The position numbers were made by a program, and so were the translations under genes. Of a stretch of DNA of 64,000 nt, positions 23,728 to 36,349 are shown piece after piece. Position 1 is the first letter of the stretch, and every line of letters starts with the position of its first letter. Below the pieces are notes generated by a model, which was not told the DNA's origin, did not search any database, and saw only the letters and a list, made by a program, of their open reading frames with translations. Source of the stretch: Chara braunii (taxonomy: Eukaryota; Plantae; Charophyceae); assembly GCA_003427395.1 (NCBI GenBank), contig BFEA01000023.1:1135922-1199921 (forward strand). Reading direction: 5' to 3'.

Positions 23728-24118
23728 GGGCCTTGCCACACTACTCCCGACTTGGCCATTTTCGAGCAGCGCCACACCAGCTCCTGAGTTCAACCTGTCA
23801 GATTGAATTCGGGAGCTGTCAGAATGTGGATCCCGAGAGCACTCCCGAACTCACCGCCTGCAAAGCTTTTTTTTTTGGAGAGACCTCCTTCGCTCCTCCG
23901 AGTTTCATCCCAGATTCGGGAGTGGAGCCAGAAGGGACAAACGACTTCTGCCAGACTGCTTCGCGCTGATCGTGTCCATATGTGGCAAATGACATTTTCA
24001 GACTTTGAGCGCGGCCGGGTCGAGAGTGTAGTGTGGCGAAAGGCACTCCCGAGCGGGTTTTCACTTCCGGGAGCACTCCCAATTTTTTTCCCAAGTCGGG
24101 AGTGGTGTGGCGAGGCCC
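23728..24118. mobile_element. PIF/Harbinger-like MITE
   Basis: 28-bp TIRs GGGCCTTGCCACACTACTCCCGACTTGG / CCAAGTCGGGAGTGGTGTGGCGAGGCCC; 3-bp TSD CAA; internal CTCCCGA/TCGGGAG subterminal repeats. Confidence 0.8.
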
Positions 24119-26405
24119 CAAGTATACCGCTAGCCCTTCACCTGCGCTGTGTCCTCTTCTGCTTCCCGCCACTCTCCACCTTCGCCTGCCCTATCTCTTC
24201 CCACGCCTTTTCAGCTTCCCGTTCAGCTTTCCCCCGCCTCCTTTTTCGCTATTTTATTTTCGGACTTCCAATGCCTCCTCTTCTAATTACTTTTCCCATT
24301 ACTCTCGCACTGATTGACAATTTGATGAGACGCTTGCAGGGGCAGGCCATGCTCTTTGTTTAGTCAACTGCTTGGCCCCAACCAACCCCCACTTCCCTCC
24401 CCTCAGCACAAACTTCATGTCTTCTGTTCTGGTGCTCCTCTTTCATTCCGATATTCCTCGCGGTTTGTGCGCCCACCCACCCATCCCATCCTCCTGCCTC
24501 GTCTGCCTCCCTCTCTGTTCGTTGAAAGGGCGTCTTTTTCCTGCATGCTCCTCACCGGTGCGAGGCTTATGCCCCTATGAGCCCCTTTCAGGCCCTGCCA
24601 AGTATCACGTCGGCCGCCCTAAGTGAAGGCAGGCACGACGAGGGCCTGAGGGCCCCTATTTCGGTCACCACGCAACTCAAGGAAATTCAGGCAGTTGCGC
24701 AGTGCCAGTTGGTTGGAAGAACCCACGCCCTGGGCAGCCTGTTTGAATGTATCGAAGGCAGGCCCTGGGCTGGATACGGGATGTGGGCCTAACACAGGCC
24801 GTTGACAGTTGGGCGTGAGCAACCACTACAGGCCGAGGGCCTGAGTTGTGTGGACTGGGCCTCAGCCTACCGGGGCCTACCGGAAGCTTCCTGGGAAAGG
24901 CCCAGCGCAGCCTGGGACAGCAAGCAGGCAGGCCACTTCCATATAGCAAAGGGCCTGCATCCGCATTTGGCATTCGGGTGCTGGCTGCATGCTGCGCAAG
25001 CGCTGCCGCGCTGAAGCTGGCTGGCACTCACGCGCTCGCGGGCGAGCAGGAAGGAGCGGGCAGCCATAGCCGAGCTGCTCCGCTGTGAGCTGGGTGTGGC
25101 GCAGGGTGGTCCTTGGGTGCGCGTGGCATCTGTGAGTTGGGGAACGAGGTTGTGAGTGAAGCGAGAGACATACCTGGTGCTGGAAGCGTGCGGCATTGGC
25201 CGCTATCTGCTCGTACTTCGGGAGAGCTGTTGTCGTCAACTTCGGCATTGTAGTATAGGCTAGATAGGATCTGCAATATGTAGTCTGGGCGCCAAGCGCC
25301 AGATAGGATATCAACTTTGGTTCTTCGTTGATGATGATGAAGGGACTATTTCAGCATTGTCAATTATTAACTCTTGGTGTGTTCTTATTTGGTGAAACTC
25401 GTGATGCAGTTCTGCTGTTGGTTCGAGGTCACGACTATCTGGTCTCATATGTATGATGCTGTTTGATTGCTGAAGTTCGCTATTGCTCATCTTCCTTGCA
25501 CCAGACACTTTCCTCTTTTAATTCAATTCATCAATTAAATGGCTTGCTGGATTGGTCGATGGCGAAGCATAGCCCCCTGATGAGTGGGTGGAAGCCCGAC
25601 GAAAAGACAAAGTCTCCTGTGCCCCCGCCCCCCCTTTTCCTCCTTTCCTCTCTACACTTCACGGGAAAGCTTTCAGGGGATATGTGCACATATAGCAAAG
25701 TTCGGGTAAGGTTGAGCAAAGTCTATGTCAAGCAGCGATGTTCAAGCTCGCTATTAAACTCTCTATTAAAAAACTATCAGCTCATGATCGACCAACAGAG
25801 AGAAGAGCGAAGAACCCAGGGTGTGGGAGGAGGAGAGAGAGTGAGAGGAGGGGTTGAATAGGACAGTGGACATAGGGATAGGATCCATCTTTTCAAAAGA
25901 ATATGCAGATATGAGGGGAAGAGAGAGGGAGGGATGCACACATTACAGTGGACGTTGGGAATGGGGCCAACGCACAACACGTAGCTGATGACGAAATTTG
26001 GGGAGGGAGGGAGGAGAAAGACAGACAGACATGCAGAGATGCAGAGACGCAGAGATGCAGAGATGCAGACAAGATGGTGGAGGTTGGGGATTGGATCAAA
26101 GGACAACAAGGCACAGAGAACAAAAAAGAAGCAACAACGGCATCAGACAATTGTGGCCCGTGTCAGCCCCTCAATGTTGCCTGTCCGTCCCTTTTTTCTT
26201 TTTTTTTTAGTCAATTGAGAATGTTCTCAATCTTAAAAATGAATCCAAAATTTTTGAATATCGTAGTCAAAGAAATTGGCGAACAATCACGAAAAAGAAT
26301 ATATGTAATTACTTATGTTAAGAGAATATATGTATTTATATTCTAGAATGAATTTTCTAGAATAACTTGTTGATTGTGTACATTGACAAAATCTAGATAC
26401 TGATT

Positions 26406-26477
26406 GTGTCATCCTTCTGCAGGGGTCATGATTGTCTTCTCTGTACCGTTGCAATTTTCGAGGATGTCCCGAAGGAC
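26406..26477 (-). pseudogene. U6: U6 snRNA retrocopy (nt ~1-73), diverged, probably chimeric
   Basis: Minus strand reads GTCCTTCGGGACATCCTCGAAAATTGCAACGGTACAGAGAAGACAATCATGACCCCTGCAGAAGGATGACAC, matching plant U6 including the ACAGAGA box. Confidence 0.9.
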
Positions 26478-27182
26478 TGCTGTCTGTTTGTCTTTGGCCC
26501 CAACCGTGCACCTTATATTTCTCCAGTGCCCTCCCTCCAGCCTAGACTGGCACAAAGTTTACATGCCAGATTGTTAGCCGTTCGACTTGTCACTATGGAC
26601 AACTCTTCGACGAGAGGAAAAATGGAATTAGATCGAACACTGAAGTTCGATGGCCAAACTTGGACGGGACGGAACGACTTCCTTTTTCTTGCGGATCCAG
26701 CTAAACAGAACTCTGACAGCAGAGCCTCTTCAGAACTCATGAGTTGTTGTAATTCCGAAACAACAGATTCGCTTCTTGCTTCAAAAGTAGCCTTGAAAGT
26801 TTCGCTGCTCAAGGACAACCGGCAGGGTGTTCAAGGGGGTCCCATTGGATAGGTTCTAAGCATGGGGCATTAATACCAATTGTTATGACTAGCATTCCCC
26901 CCCCCAATAGAACCGCCGTTCATTGTAGGCATATCTGGGCCCACTTCCAGTCTAGATGCAAGGATAATGACCGTGCTCTGTCTATTTGGGGACGACCGTA
27001 GTCTCAGTCTTATTACCACTACTATTCTTCGTTTGAGTGTCAAGTTGTAATGTTGGCTAACCACAAAGAAAACCATGACTGTGCCAGAGTGTTTCGTTGG
27101 CCTTTCGTTTTTCATGCACGGGTACAAACAAACACATCGCTCTTTAATTCTCCTCATTTCTTTTGTTTTTTTCTTCTTTTTT

Positions 27183-27252
27183 GTCATCCTTGCGCAGGGG
27201 CCATGCTCATCTTCTCTGTATCCTTCCAATTTTAACGGATGTCCTGAAGGAC
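27183..27252 (-). pseudogene. U6: U6 snRNA processed pseudogene, 3'-truncated, with poly(A) and TSD
   Basis: U6 5' end through GGATGAC, then an A-rich tail (27161-27182). Perfect 18-bp TSD TAATTCTCCTCATTTCTT (27145-27162, 27253-27270). Confidence 0.95.
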
Positions 27253-27301
27253 TAATTCTCCTCATTTCTTGTTTCTTGCTTTTCTTTTTTGTTCTTTAAA
27301 G

Positions 27302-27728
27302 CAGTGTTGCACACCCCGACCGTCAGCGACCCTCAACTGGTTGGCTGCCGACCCGCCGTCGGCACCCCTACCGATCGGGGTTCATCCGCACCCCGCAAAT
27401 TTTTTATTTTTATTTTTTGGGTCCAGAACCCCTAATAACCCCACCAACACCCCTATTCCCGGCCCAAATACNNNNNNNNNNNNNNNNNNNNNNNNNNNNN
27501 NNNNNNNNNNNNNNNNNNNNNCCCCTATACACCCCCCCCAACCCCTCCCCCATCCCCAAAAGCTTCTCAGCGGATTTGGGCTGTTCTCAGCAAGCACAGT
27601 ACAGCTTCCAACTCAGATCTGAAAAATCACTGGATGGCTGTTTTCTGACTGGCCGACCAGTCGGACCTACTGGTCCTCTGCAAAATGGTCGGCGGTCAGG
27701 GCCAGCGGTAGGCAGGTATGCAACCATG
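27302..27728. mobile_element. hAT-like non-autonomous element
   Basis: TIRs CAGTGTTGCA / TGCAACCATG; 8-bp TSD CTTTAAAG/CTTTCAAG; CCGACC/GGTCGG subterminal motifs; contains an N gap. Confidence 0.7.
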
Positions 27729-27807
27729 CTTTCAAGGGTGACAGCCTTGAGATGTCATCGTGAAACTGACTGGCCCCTCGTAATTCAGGAATTTCGTTCA
27801 TCTACGT

Positions 27808-27876
27808 AGTTACATCTGGACTCGAACTTGGGTCTGTATTTCAACACTTTGTGGGTGTACTAACTGAGCTAGGCCA
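27808..27876 (-). mobile_element. Degenerate tRNA-derived SINE-like head
   Basis: Minus strand TAGCTCAGTTAGT ... AGTTCGAGTCC. Confidence 0.4.
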
Positions 27877-28054
27877 ATTGGTACTAGTTTCTTGTTTCTT
27901 ACATATGGACAAGTTGAGTTGTTCTTTTTCTGCATTCTTGTTGAGAGAACAGCTGAACCCACAGGCACCTACCTATACGTACATGCAGGAGTGGCTAAAC
28001 TTTGTGTGGATGAGCGGCTAGAACCAGAGGCCTGTTCCACGCCCCCAGCACACT

Positions 28055-29300
28055 GAAACCGTTCCTTAGCCTCTTTGTATGCAGTTCTTCCTTTTCTTTT
28101 TCCTTACAGTTACCTCTTTTTTATTATTTCTTCTTTCAGCTCTCCCCCCTTTACTGTGCCAGGTAAAAGAACGCACTTTGCGAAACAGCCAAAAAAACTG
28201 CAACAAGCCAAACACGAAGAACACAATGAAACCGTCCTTTAGCCTCTTCGTGTACGGTTCTTCCTTGCCTTTTTCCCTTACTGTTACCTCTTTGATCATT
28301 TCTTCTTTTTTTTTCTTTTGTTTTTTCAAAAAAATTGGACCATTTCTCGATTTATGCGTGTCATCTTTATGCAGGGGGGGCTATGTTAATCTTCTCTGTA
28401 TCGTTCCAATTTTAACGGATGTCCCAAAGGACCATTTCTTCTTTTAGCTCCCCCTTTACTGTGCCAATTAAAAGACCGCACTTCGTGAAACAGATTTGAT
28501 GATTTCTTCCTTTAGCTCCCCCCCCCTTTACTGTGCCTGCCTCTCACGTACAAGCCTCGCCACGTTTCTAAAAGCTGCGCACGAGCTGCCCACATCCCCG
28601 TGTGCCTTACCCACCAGTACACGACGGCCACACATCCGGCGTGGGTGCCTTACCTCAACTTCCAGAGGCCGGAAAAACAATAAAGGCCGTTGATGAAATT
28701 TATCAACGGCGGCCTGGCCCCAAAATTTTTGGAGTAGGTGACGAGCAATTTCTCCACAAGGCTGGGGCCACGTGCTAGCGGTTTAAGGGCCCACTTGTGC
28801 ACTGCGAAAAAGAGGCAGCCTAAAGGGACAAGGGGATAAAAAGAGAGAAAAGATGGAAACGAGTACACAAAGAGCGCTCTTTTAGTTGATAGATAGATAT
28901 GTCACAATACCAAATATTGCCACATAGCTATGAGCTAAAAGAGCGCAGTTTGCGAAACACCCAATAAAAACACACACAAGACAAACATGAAAACCACGCC
29001 GAAACCCTTCTTTAGCATCTTTGTACGTATAGTTCTTCCTTTTCCTTTTCCTTGCTGTTACCTCTTTCATTATTTCTTCACTTAGCTCCCCCTTTTACTG
29101 TGCCAACTAAAAGACCGCACTTTGCAAAAAACAAAGCATCAAAATAGACAAGCCAAACACGAACAGCACACCCAAACCGTCCTTTGTATTCAGTTCGTCC
29201 TTGTCTTTTTCCTTACGGGCCTTTTTTTTTTTTTTGTCCCCCTTACTGTTACCTCTTTGATTATTTCTTCTTTTAGCTCTCCCCCCTTCATTGTGCCTGC
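28055..29300. repeat. Degenerate ~170-190-bp minisatellite, interrupted by U6 and other insertions
   Basis: Recurrent GTTACCTCTTT..ATTTCTTC..TAGCTCCCC..TACTGTGCC..AAAAGA.CGCACTTTGC. Confidence 0.75.
28328..28432 (-). pseudogene. U6: Full-length U6 snRNA processed pseudogene
   Basis: Complete U6 through GACACGCATAAATCGAGAAATGGTCCAATTTTTTT, followed by an A-rich tail; TSD CATTTCTTCTTTT (28297-28309, 28433-28445). The ISL region is mutated. Confidence 0.95.
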
Positions 29301-29604
29301 AGCACAAAGGGACAGGGGATAAACAGAGAGAAAAGAGGGAAAGGGGACAAAGCAAAGGAAGCCAGAGGAACACTAGGTAGGAGTTTTGGACTGCGCTCTG
29401 GACGTGGTTGCCGTCAGATGCATCCAGATCGAGCCGTCGTTGCAGTCAGATACGTTTGCAAAAGTGCTAATGTGAGTATGTGAAAGTCCAGAGAGTGGAA
29501 TTAAGATGACAGAGCATGCGGAAACGATAAGAATGAAGGATCAGGAATCATTCTGTGCTTGACAACAGAGAGGTCATACAGTGTAAGCATGCCAAGGAGA
29601 AATA

Positions 29605-29879
29605 TATACATATATACTGCCCTTCATGTTGGTCTTGTTTTTTTTTGGGGGGAAGGCGGGGGGGGGGGCGTTTGTTTCGCAAAATGTGCTCTTTTAGTTC
29701 ATAGATATGTGTCTAAATTTCCTGTACGTATATACTGCCCTCCATCATGTTGTTTTTTTTTTTCTTTTTTTTTTGGCGTTTGTTTCGCAAAGTGCGCTCT
29801 TTTAGTTCATAGATATGTGTCTAAATTTCCTGTACATATATACCTGTCTCTTATACACATCTAGATGTGTATAAGAGAC

Positions 29880-29925
<46 letters not shown>

Positions 29926-30200
29926 CAGGGAGGAATGGGGACAAAGACAGAGACCAGGACAGATAGATTGAGAATCNNNNNNNNNNNNNNNNNNNNNNNN
30001 NNNNNNNNNNNNNNNNNNNNNNNNGTTTGTTTCGCAAAGTGCGCTCTTTTAGTTCATAGATATGTGTCTAAATTTCCTGTACATATATACTGCCCTCCAT
30101 GTTGGTCTTTTTTTTTTTTTTTTTTTTTTTTTTTGGCGTTTGTTTCGCAAAGTGCGCTCTTTTAGTTCATAGATATGTGACTAAAGTTCCTGTAACATAG
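29605..30200. repeat. ~100-bp tandem repeat (copy number unreliable near the gap and adapter)
   Basis: GTTTGTTTCGCAAAGTGCGCTCTTTTAGTTCATAGATATGTG x4; partly the reverse complement of 28920-28960. Confidence 0.75.
29844..29881. other. Nextera mate-pair junction adapter (assembly contamination)
   Basis: Exact CTGTCTCTTATACACATCT+AGATGTGTATAAGAGACAG. Confidence 0.98.
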
Positions 30201-30579
30201 CTACATACTAAGAGCCGCGGCTCTGTGAGTCAGAGCGAAAAAGGCAGGGAGAAGAATAGAGATGAAGGCAATGCAGCGAGCGCTGTTGTTTTGTTTTTCA
30301 CTTTTTTCGTTATTTACTTCTTTTTTTACCATTTACGGAGAACGAGACTACGCCCTTATCAAATTAAAATTCAATTGCGGATAAAAATCGAATCGAACCC
30401 ATATCCCCTGTTGCTTCAAAGGCAGGTAGTTTACCTCACTCCGATTCTACTGTAGCGAATGATGAAGAACAGCGGCCAGAAAGAAAGAAAGAATCAGGGG
30501 GAATGGCACTACGCCCTCACTTTCGTTGTTGCGGCAGGTCCGTCCCCAGCAGATCTTTGGATTGGCTTCCTACAAAACA

Positions 30580-30631
30580 AACATAGATAGATATATACAA
30601 ATATAGATAGATACATACATACATACATACA

Positions 30632-30665
<34 letters not shown>

Positions 30666-31010
30666 GAATTCATTTTTTCCTGTTTTTCTTTTTTTCGCAT
30701 TTGCGCTCTGATATTCTTGTGACAATATATAGATAGATAGATAGATAGACTAGATAGATTGATTAGATACATACATACATACATACATACATACATAGAT
30801 GGATGGATGGATGTATGGATGGATGGATGTCTAACGACCAAACATCTGCAAATACGAAAGTTGCGAAACTACCACAACATTAATTAAGCCCAAAACCCAC
30901 AGATGGAATGATATTCTTGTGACAATATATATAGATAGATAGATAGATAGACTAGATAGATTGATTAGATAGATAGATACATACATACATACATACACAC
31001 ACACATACAC
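30580..31010. repeat. Tetranucleotide (TACA/TAGA/TGGA)n blocks, duplicated at ~200-bp period
   Basis: TGATATTCTTGTGACAATATATAGATAG at ~30709 and ~30909. Confidence 0.85.
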
Positions 31011-31641
31011 AAAAGTCTCCAGCAAATTGTGCAATCTTTACTTCAATTTCTTCAAAGCCATTGGAAAAACATCCACCAAGATTTGTTTGTTTTAGGGAAT
31101 CCAATAGAAAAAAGGGGGAGAACAATATTTAATGAGCTCTCAAACCTCCTGATACTCAGAATGACCATTACATTTATTTAACTTATCTGAAAAGGTTCAC
31201 TCGAAAGCCAGCAGCTATCACAAATAGCACAAATTTTTACATTCAAAAATGTTCGACATTTTTTACGTGATGAACTGCTACATTCGCAATCGGAAAAGAG
31301 GGCCATTGTCCTCATCAATTGCTTAAAAACAAAAAAGGTCTAAGAGGGCTTTTCACCTACAGGCTTCTACCGTGTCAACACTCGCCGCCTTAACGGACAG
31401 GTAACGTACGTTCTTAATCTCAAGTCAATACCTTAAAATAATTCACCCGTTTTTGTACGCTAAGGAAAACAGAAAACAAGACAACGAAGCTGTCGAAGGA
31501 GAAGACTACTACGATGGCAACAGAGACGAAGAGACTACGACAAGGCTGAGTACAATCTCCACGAAGGAGGAGGAGGAAACACAAAGAACAGAAGAAACGT
31601 CGCACACTACAACGTGTGTGCCACGTGGCACTTCTCACGCC

Positions 31642-31721
<80 letters not shown>

Positions 31722-32425
31722 NNNNNNNNNNNNNNNNNNNNNNNNNNNNNNNNNNNNNNNNNNNNNNNNNNNNNNNNNNNNNNNNNNNNNNNNNNNNNNN
31801 NNNNNNNNNNNNNNNNNNNNNNNNNNNNNNNNNNNNNNNNNNNNNNNNNNNNNNNNNNNNNNNNNNNNNNNNNNNNNNNNNNNNNNNNNNNNNNNNNNNN
31901 NNNNNNNNNNNNNNNNNNNNNNNNNNNNNNNNNNNNNNNNNNNNNNNNNNNNNNNNNNNNNNNNNNNNNNNNNNNNNNNNNNNNNNNNNNNNNNNNNNNN
32001 NNNNNNNNNNNNNNNNNNNNNNNNNNNNNNNNNNNNNNNNNNNNNNNNNNNNNNNNNNNNNNNNNNNNNNNNNNNNNNNNNNNNNNNNNNNNNNNNNNNN
32101 NNNNNNNNNNNNNNNNNNNNNNNNNNNNNNNNNNNNNNNNNNNNNNNNNNNNNNNNNNNNNNNNNNNNNNNNNNNNNNNNNNNNNNNNNNNNNNNNNNNN
32201 NNNNNNNNNNNNNNNNNNNNNNNNNNNNNNNNNNNNNNNNNNNNNNNNNNNNNNNNNNNNNNNNNNNNNNNNNNNNNNNNNNNNNNNNNNNNNNNNNNNN
32301 NNNNNNNNNNNNNNNNNNNNNNNNNNNNNNNNNNNNNNNNNNNNNNNNNNNNNNNNNNNNNNNNNNNNNNNNNNNNNNNNNNNNNNNNNNNNNNNNNNNN
32401 NNNNNNNNNNNNNNNNNNNNNNNNN
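31722..32425. other. Assembly gap (N)
   Basis: N run; smaller gaps at 2475-2506, 27472-27521 and 29977-30024. Confidence 0.99.
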
Positions 32426-33093
32426 NGGGGAGGCGGGCGGAGGCGTGAGTGGGCGGGGGAGTGTGTGTCTCTGAGCATGTATGCACACGCGTCTGCTCTC
32501 GACTGCGGAGAGGGAATGTCTCTGTATGTGTATGTTCGGTGAGTGGGTGAGTGGGTGGGCGCGTGTGTCTGCACATTTGAAGTGTCCCAGGGGAGGAGAT
32601 GTTCAGTGGCTGACATGGAAGCTGACTTGGGTGCTAATATGGCTCCGCTGACGTGGCATTTTCTCGCTTTTCATAACCCTGGCGGCTGGCTGTGCAGAAT
32701 GTCCGATCAGGGTTCTTTTTCTTTTCATCCCATCGGAGTTCCGTACACCCCACGTGTTATACGAAACGTGTAATAATTTAAGATGATGAGAATGATGTCA
32801 ACAAGTAGACGATTTTAGTCGTTACACGTTTGGGACTAATGATGAACACACGTTAAACAGGTTTGAATAACATTCAATTAGATATTATTGTCAAGGCAGG
32901 GTAATCAGCGATACCCCCCTCGCCGATACCCTTACTCCCGCCGCCACCCGGTCCCCGAATTTCATTAATTAATTAACCTATATTACTATTCATTCATCAT
33001 GAATTATTGTCATGGCGGCTGATGCTTCACAAACGAGAGGGGAGGATTCAACGTCGAGAATGAACAGTAGAGAGACGACGACTGGGGTTTCGC

Positions 33094-33315
33094 CGAGGAG
33101 GAGCAGGAGGAAGAGGAAGAGGACGAAGAGGAGGAAGAAGCGGAAGAGGAGGAGGAGGAGGAGGAGGAGGAGGAGCAGGAGGAGGAGCAGGAGGAGGAGC
33201 AGGAGCAGGAGCAAGAGTAGGAGGAGGAGGAGAAGCAGGAGGAGGAGCAGGAGGAGGAGAAGGAGCAGGAGTAGTAGGAGGAGGAGGAGCAGGAGGAGGA
33301 GGAGGAGGAGGAGGA
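33094..33315. repeat. (AGG)n/AGC purine-rich simple repeat
   Basis: Direct reading. Confidence 0.9.
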
Positions 33316-33708
33316 CAGCAGAGTTTCGAAGACACAGTAACGGGTATACTCACACTACTCCCCGGCATATACTGTATATTACCGCCATCACGACTAGATT
33401 CCTCAAGAAAGTGCGAGTATGAGGTTGCCCTAAGTCGCTCCCATAAGAGGATCAGGCAAAAAAAAATATTGAATCACGGCATATACTCACCGCACTCAGG
33501 AGCTTCATAGATGCATCTGGCGGTAATTACGGCCACACTTGGATGCATTTGACAGCAATTAGTTACAGAAAATAAAAGTCCGAGAATGGCTAGCGTGACC
33601 GAGTATGCCCTCAGATTATCAATACTCGAGTGCAAACGGGCATCACATTGAGGGCCTCTCACTCAACGTGAAAAACACACAAAAACCAATGGCGAGTGTA
33701 TCATCCCC

Positions 33709-33855
<147 letters not shown>

Positions 33856-34194
33856 TGCACACACATGCATCTGTGACAACAAAGAAGCGCAGGGCGAGGA
33901 GCAGGCAGGGCAGAAGCCGTGCAAGGTGGGTAGAAAAGAGGAAGAGAAAGCAGGGGAGGAGAAGCAGACTACAAAAAGAGAGTGCTGGAAGTAGGACAAG
34001 GCATGACGAGAGACAATAGAGGAAGAGGAGGTGGGGAGGGAGAATGGCAGGGGGCAGAAGAGCGAAAAAGAGAGAATGTCTAAGAGGACGATGCACGAGA
34101 ACGAAGGATGACTCACCTTCTCGCTAAGTTGAGGTTCGCATCACTTGTCATGATCGTGCAGGTGGGGTCGGCGGAAGCGCGAGATGTGGAAATA

Positions 34195-34383
34195 CGCCAC
34201 GCCTTTCTCCCAAGCCTGCCTCGCGTCCGCAGACCAATCCACCTCCCCCCTGTCGTTCGCCACGCCTTTCTCCCAAGCCTGCCTCGCCTCCGCAGACCAA
34301 CCCACCTCCCCCCTGTCGTTCGCCACGTCTTTCTCCCAAGCCTGCCTCGCGTCCGCAGACCAATCCACCTACCCCCTGTCGTT
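34195..34383. repeat. 63-bp tandem repeat x3
   Basis: Units start at 34195, 34258 and 34321; followed by (GGGCA)n at ~34436-34486. Confidence 0.9.
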
Positions 34384-36297
34384 TGGATCCCTACCTAGTT
34401 TCTACGGTCACCCACCCTTTCTCCAGCACCTGCCCAGGGCAGGGCAGGGCAGGGCAGGGCAGGGCAGGGAAGGGCAGGGCAGGGCATGGACGTCGCACAA
34501 AAAATTACCCGCTTAGAGTGCCCATGGTGGGCTTTGTTTTCTTCGGCCTTCTTTTCTTTTTTCCACGGCCTATGGTAGGCATACAGGGCAAATGATGGTG
34601 CAATAAGCCCACCAGCAACACAGGCGTTGCAGTCCGCTGGAACCCGCGCACCACAATGACCTTTGTCCATAAGCGGAAAAAATGTAGCGCGGACCCGCAA
34701 AAAACCAAAAGGCTGAACCAGCCTCATAAATAAATAGAACCACATTTCTTCCGAGCCTGTTTTTACCTAAGCGGCGAACGAACGCGCACCAAGCTTTGCC
34801 AAGCCTGAGCGCGAGCGGTACAGGTAGTAGTTCTTCCGCCGGTGCTACCGGTAGTGATGGCCGCCTGAAAAAGAAAAAGAACTAAACCGTGTTCACGAGA
34901 GAGCATTTGGGAGCTGCACCCGACCTGCAGGTGGGCGATACCGGCCAGGGGACAGCCGGTAGCATCTGGGACCATGCCAATAGGACCAATCCCCTGCGCC
35001 TCCCCTCCGGTCCCCGGGGCAAGGTCCCACTTACACGAATTAAGCGATATTGACCGTAGATAGCAAAGATCAACGGCCAGAATCTCTTAATCCGTGCAAT
35101 TGGGACCTTGCCCCCGTACTCTAGGCCTTGCCAACTGGGGCCTCGCCCCACATGCCATCCAATAGTATAGTTTACTAGTCTGTGTGATGGTGTGGGACTG
35201 TTAGGATGTTTTGATTCTATTTTATCCGGACGGTGGGATGATGCATCCTGCCATTTAGGGCGAGGAGCCCTAAGGTTCCGTTTTCTCATTGGTTTAGAGT
35301 TGGTTTAGGGGTTCCGTGCGGAGTGGAGGGAGAGGCAATACGGTGTAGTTTACTGACCTCATTTTTATGGCTTAGAATACTATTCGTCTTTTGGCTGCTC
35401 ACCTACAGCGAGTCTCACGGCGACTCCAAGGGTGTTTATGGCGCTCGCTCCGGTGGTCTGTGGACATGCACAAAGGACAAATATCATGGTGCTGTATCTT
35501 TCCATGTTCTAGCGGAAGATTCATTGTCGTTTCGCACATGGTGACTGGAACTCTGGAACTGCCTAATATGATTTTCTCATTTTTATTTTTTTAAAGGTAA
35601 GCTATATTTTTCTCTCATCTATTTCATCTTTCCTAGTAGTACGCATTTATCTCATCCTCTCACTAGAGGATGAGATATGATAATTTGTTGGAATTTCTAA
35701 GCTCCGCTATTCTGGACTTTGCATCTCTGGGGCGATGTCCCACTTTTCGAGATTTTGTTATGGTTTCGAGTGTACATGGCTCCTTGCCATCCAAACCAAA
35801 AATCTCACGGCCGTAGTGTGAGCACGTTGGAAATACACGAAACGTAAACTAAGCCTCCGCTCGTGGGTCAAGGCCCCTGGTCTCCAGTGTGCACTTAGTG
35901 TGATCTTGCAATATGTGTATGTGTGTGCTCAAGGTGACGAGCAGTGAGGCTCAATACAAAGTGCGATTTTGAGAGAGAAAAAAAAAAGTAGTCCTTTGAA
36001 AGCATGCAACTGGACTTGTTCGTTGAAATATGCATAATCATGGCAGTGTATCTTTCCATGGTCTGGCTTCAGATTCACAGATTCACTATCGTTTTGCAAT
36101 GGTCAGGCAGCAGATTCCCAGATTAGATTCACTATCGTTTTGCACATTTCGAACGTCATGGAGCGAGGCCCAATAAATGCACTTTCCCACCTTCCATTGC
36201 CACACAGAGTAGTAAATTATACTATTCGATGGCATGTGGGGCGAGGCTCTTGGGCTGCAACAGCCTGGGGAATTTTTTTTCCTTATTTATTTTACTA

Positions 36298-36344
36298 GTG
36301 GCATCCTTGCGCAGGGGTCATGGTAATCTTCTCTCTACTGTATC
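36298..36344 (-). pseudogene. U6: U6 retrocopy, 3' half (split; 5' half at 39827-39862)
   Basis: Plus strand GTGGCATCCTTGCGCAGGGGTCATGGTAATCTTCTCT..GTATC; a T-rich tract (sense A-tail) lies at 36273-36293. Confidence 0.85.
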
Positions 36345-36349
36345 ATCTA

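Noticed and set aside
28328-28432. Functional U6 gene
   Set aside because: It has an A tail, a TSD and a mutated ISL, and is inserted in a minisatellite with no upstream promoter.
29844-29881. Tn5 transposon or biological palindrome
   Set aside because: It is the exact synthetic Nextera junction adapter, next to a gap and a chimeric segment.
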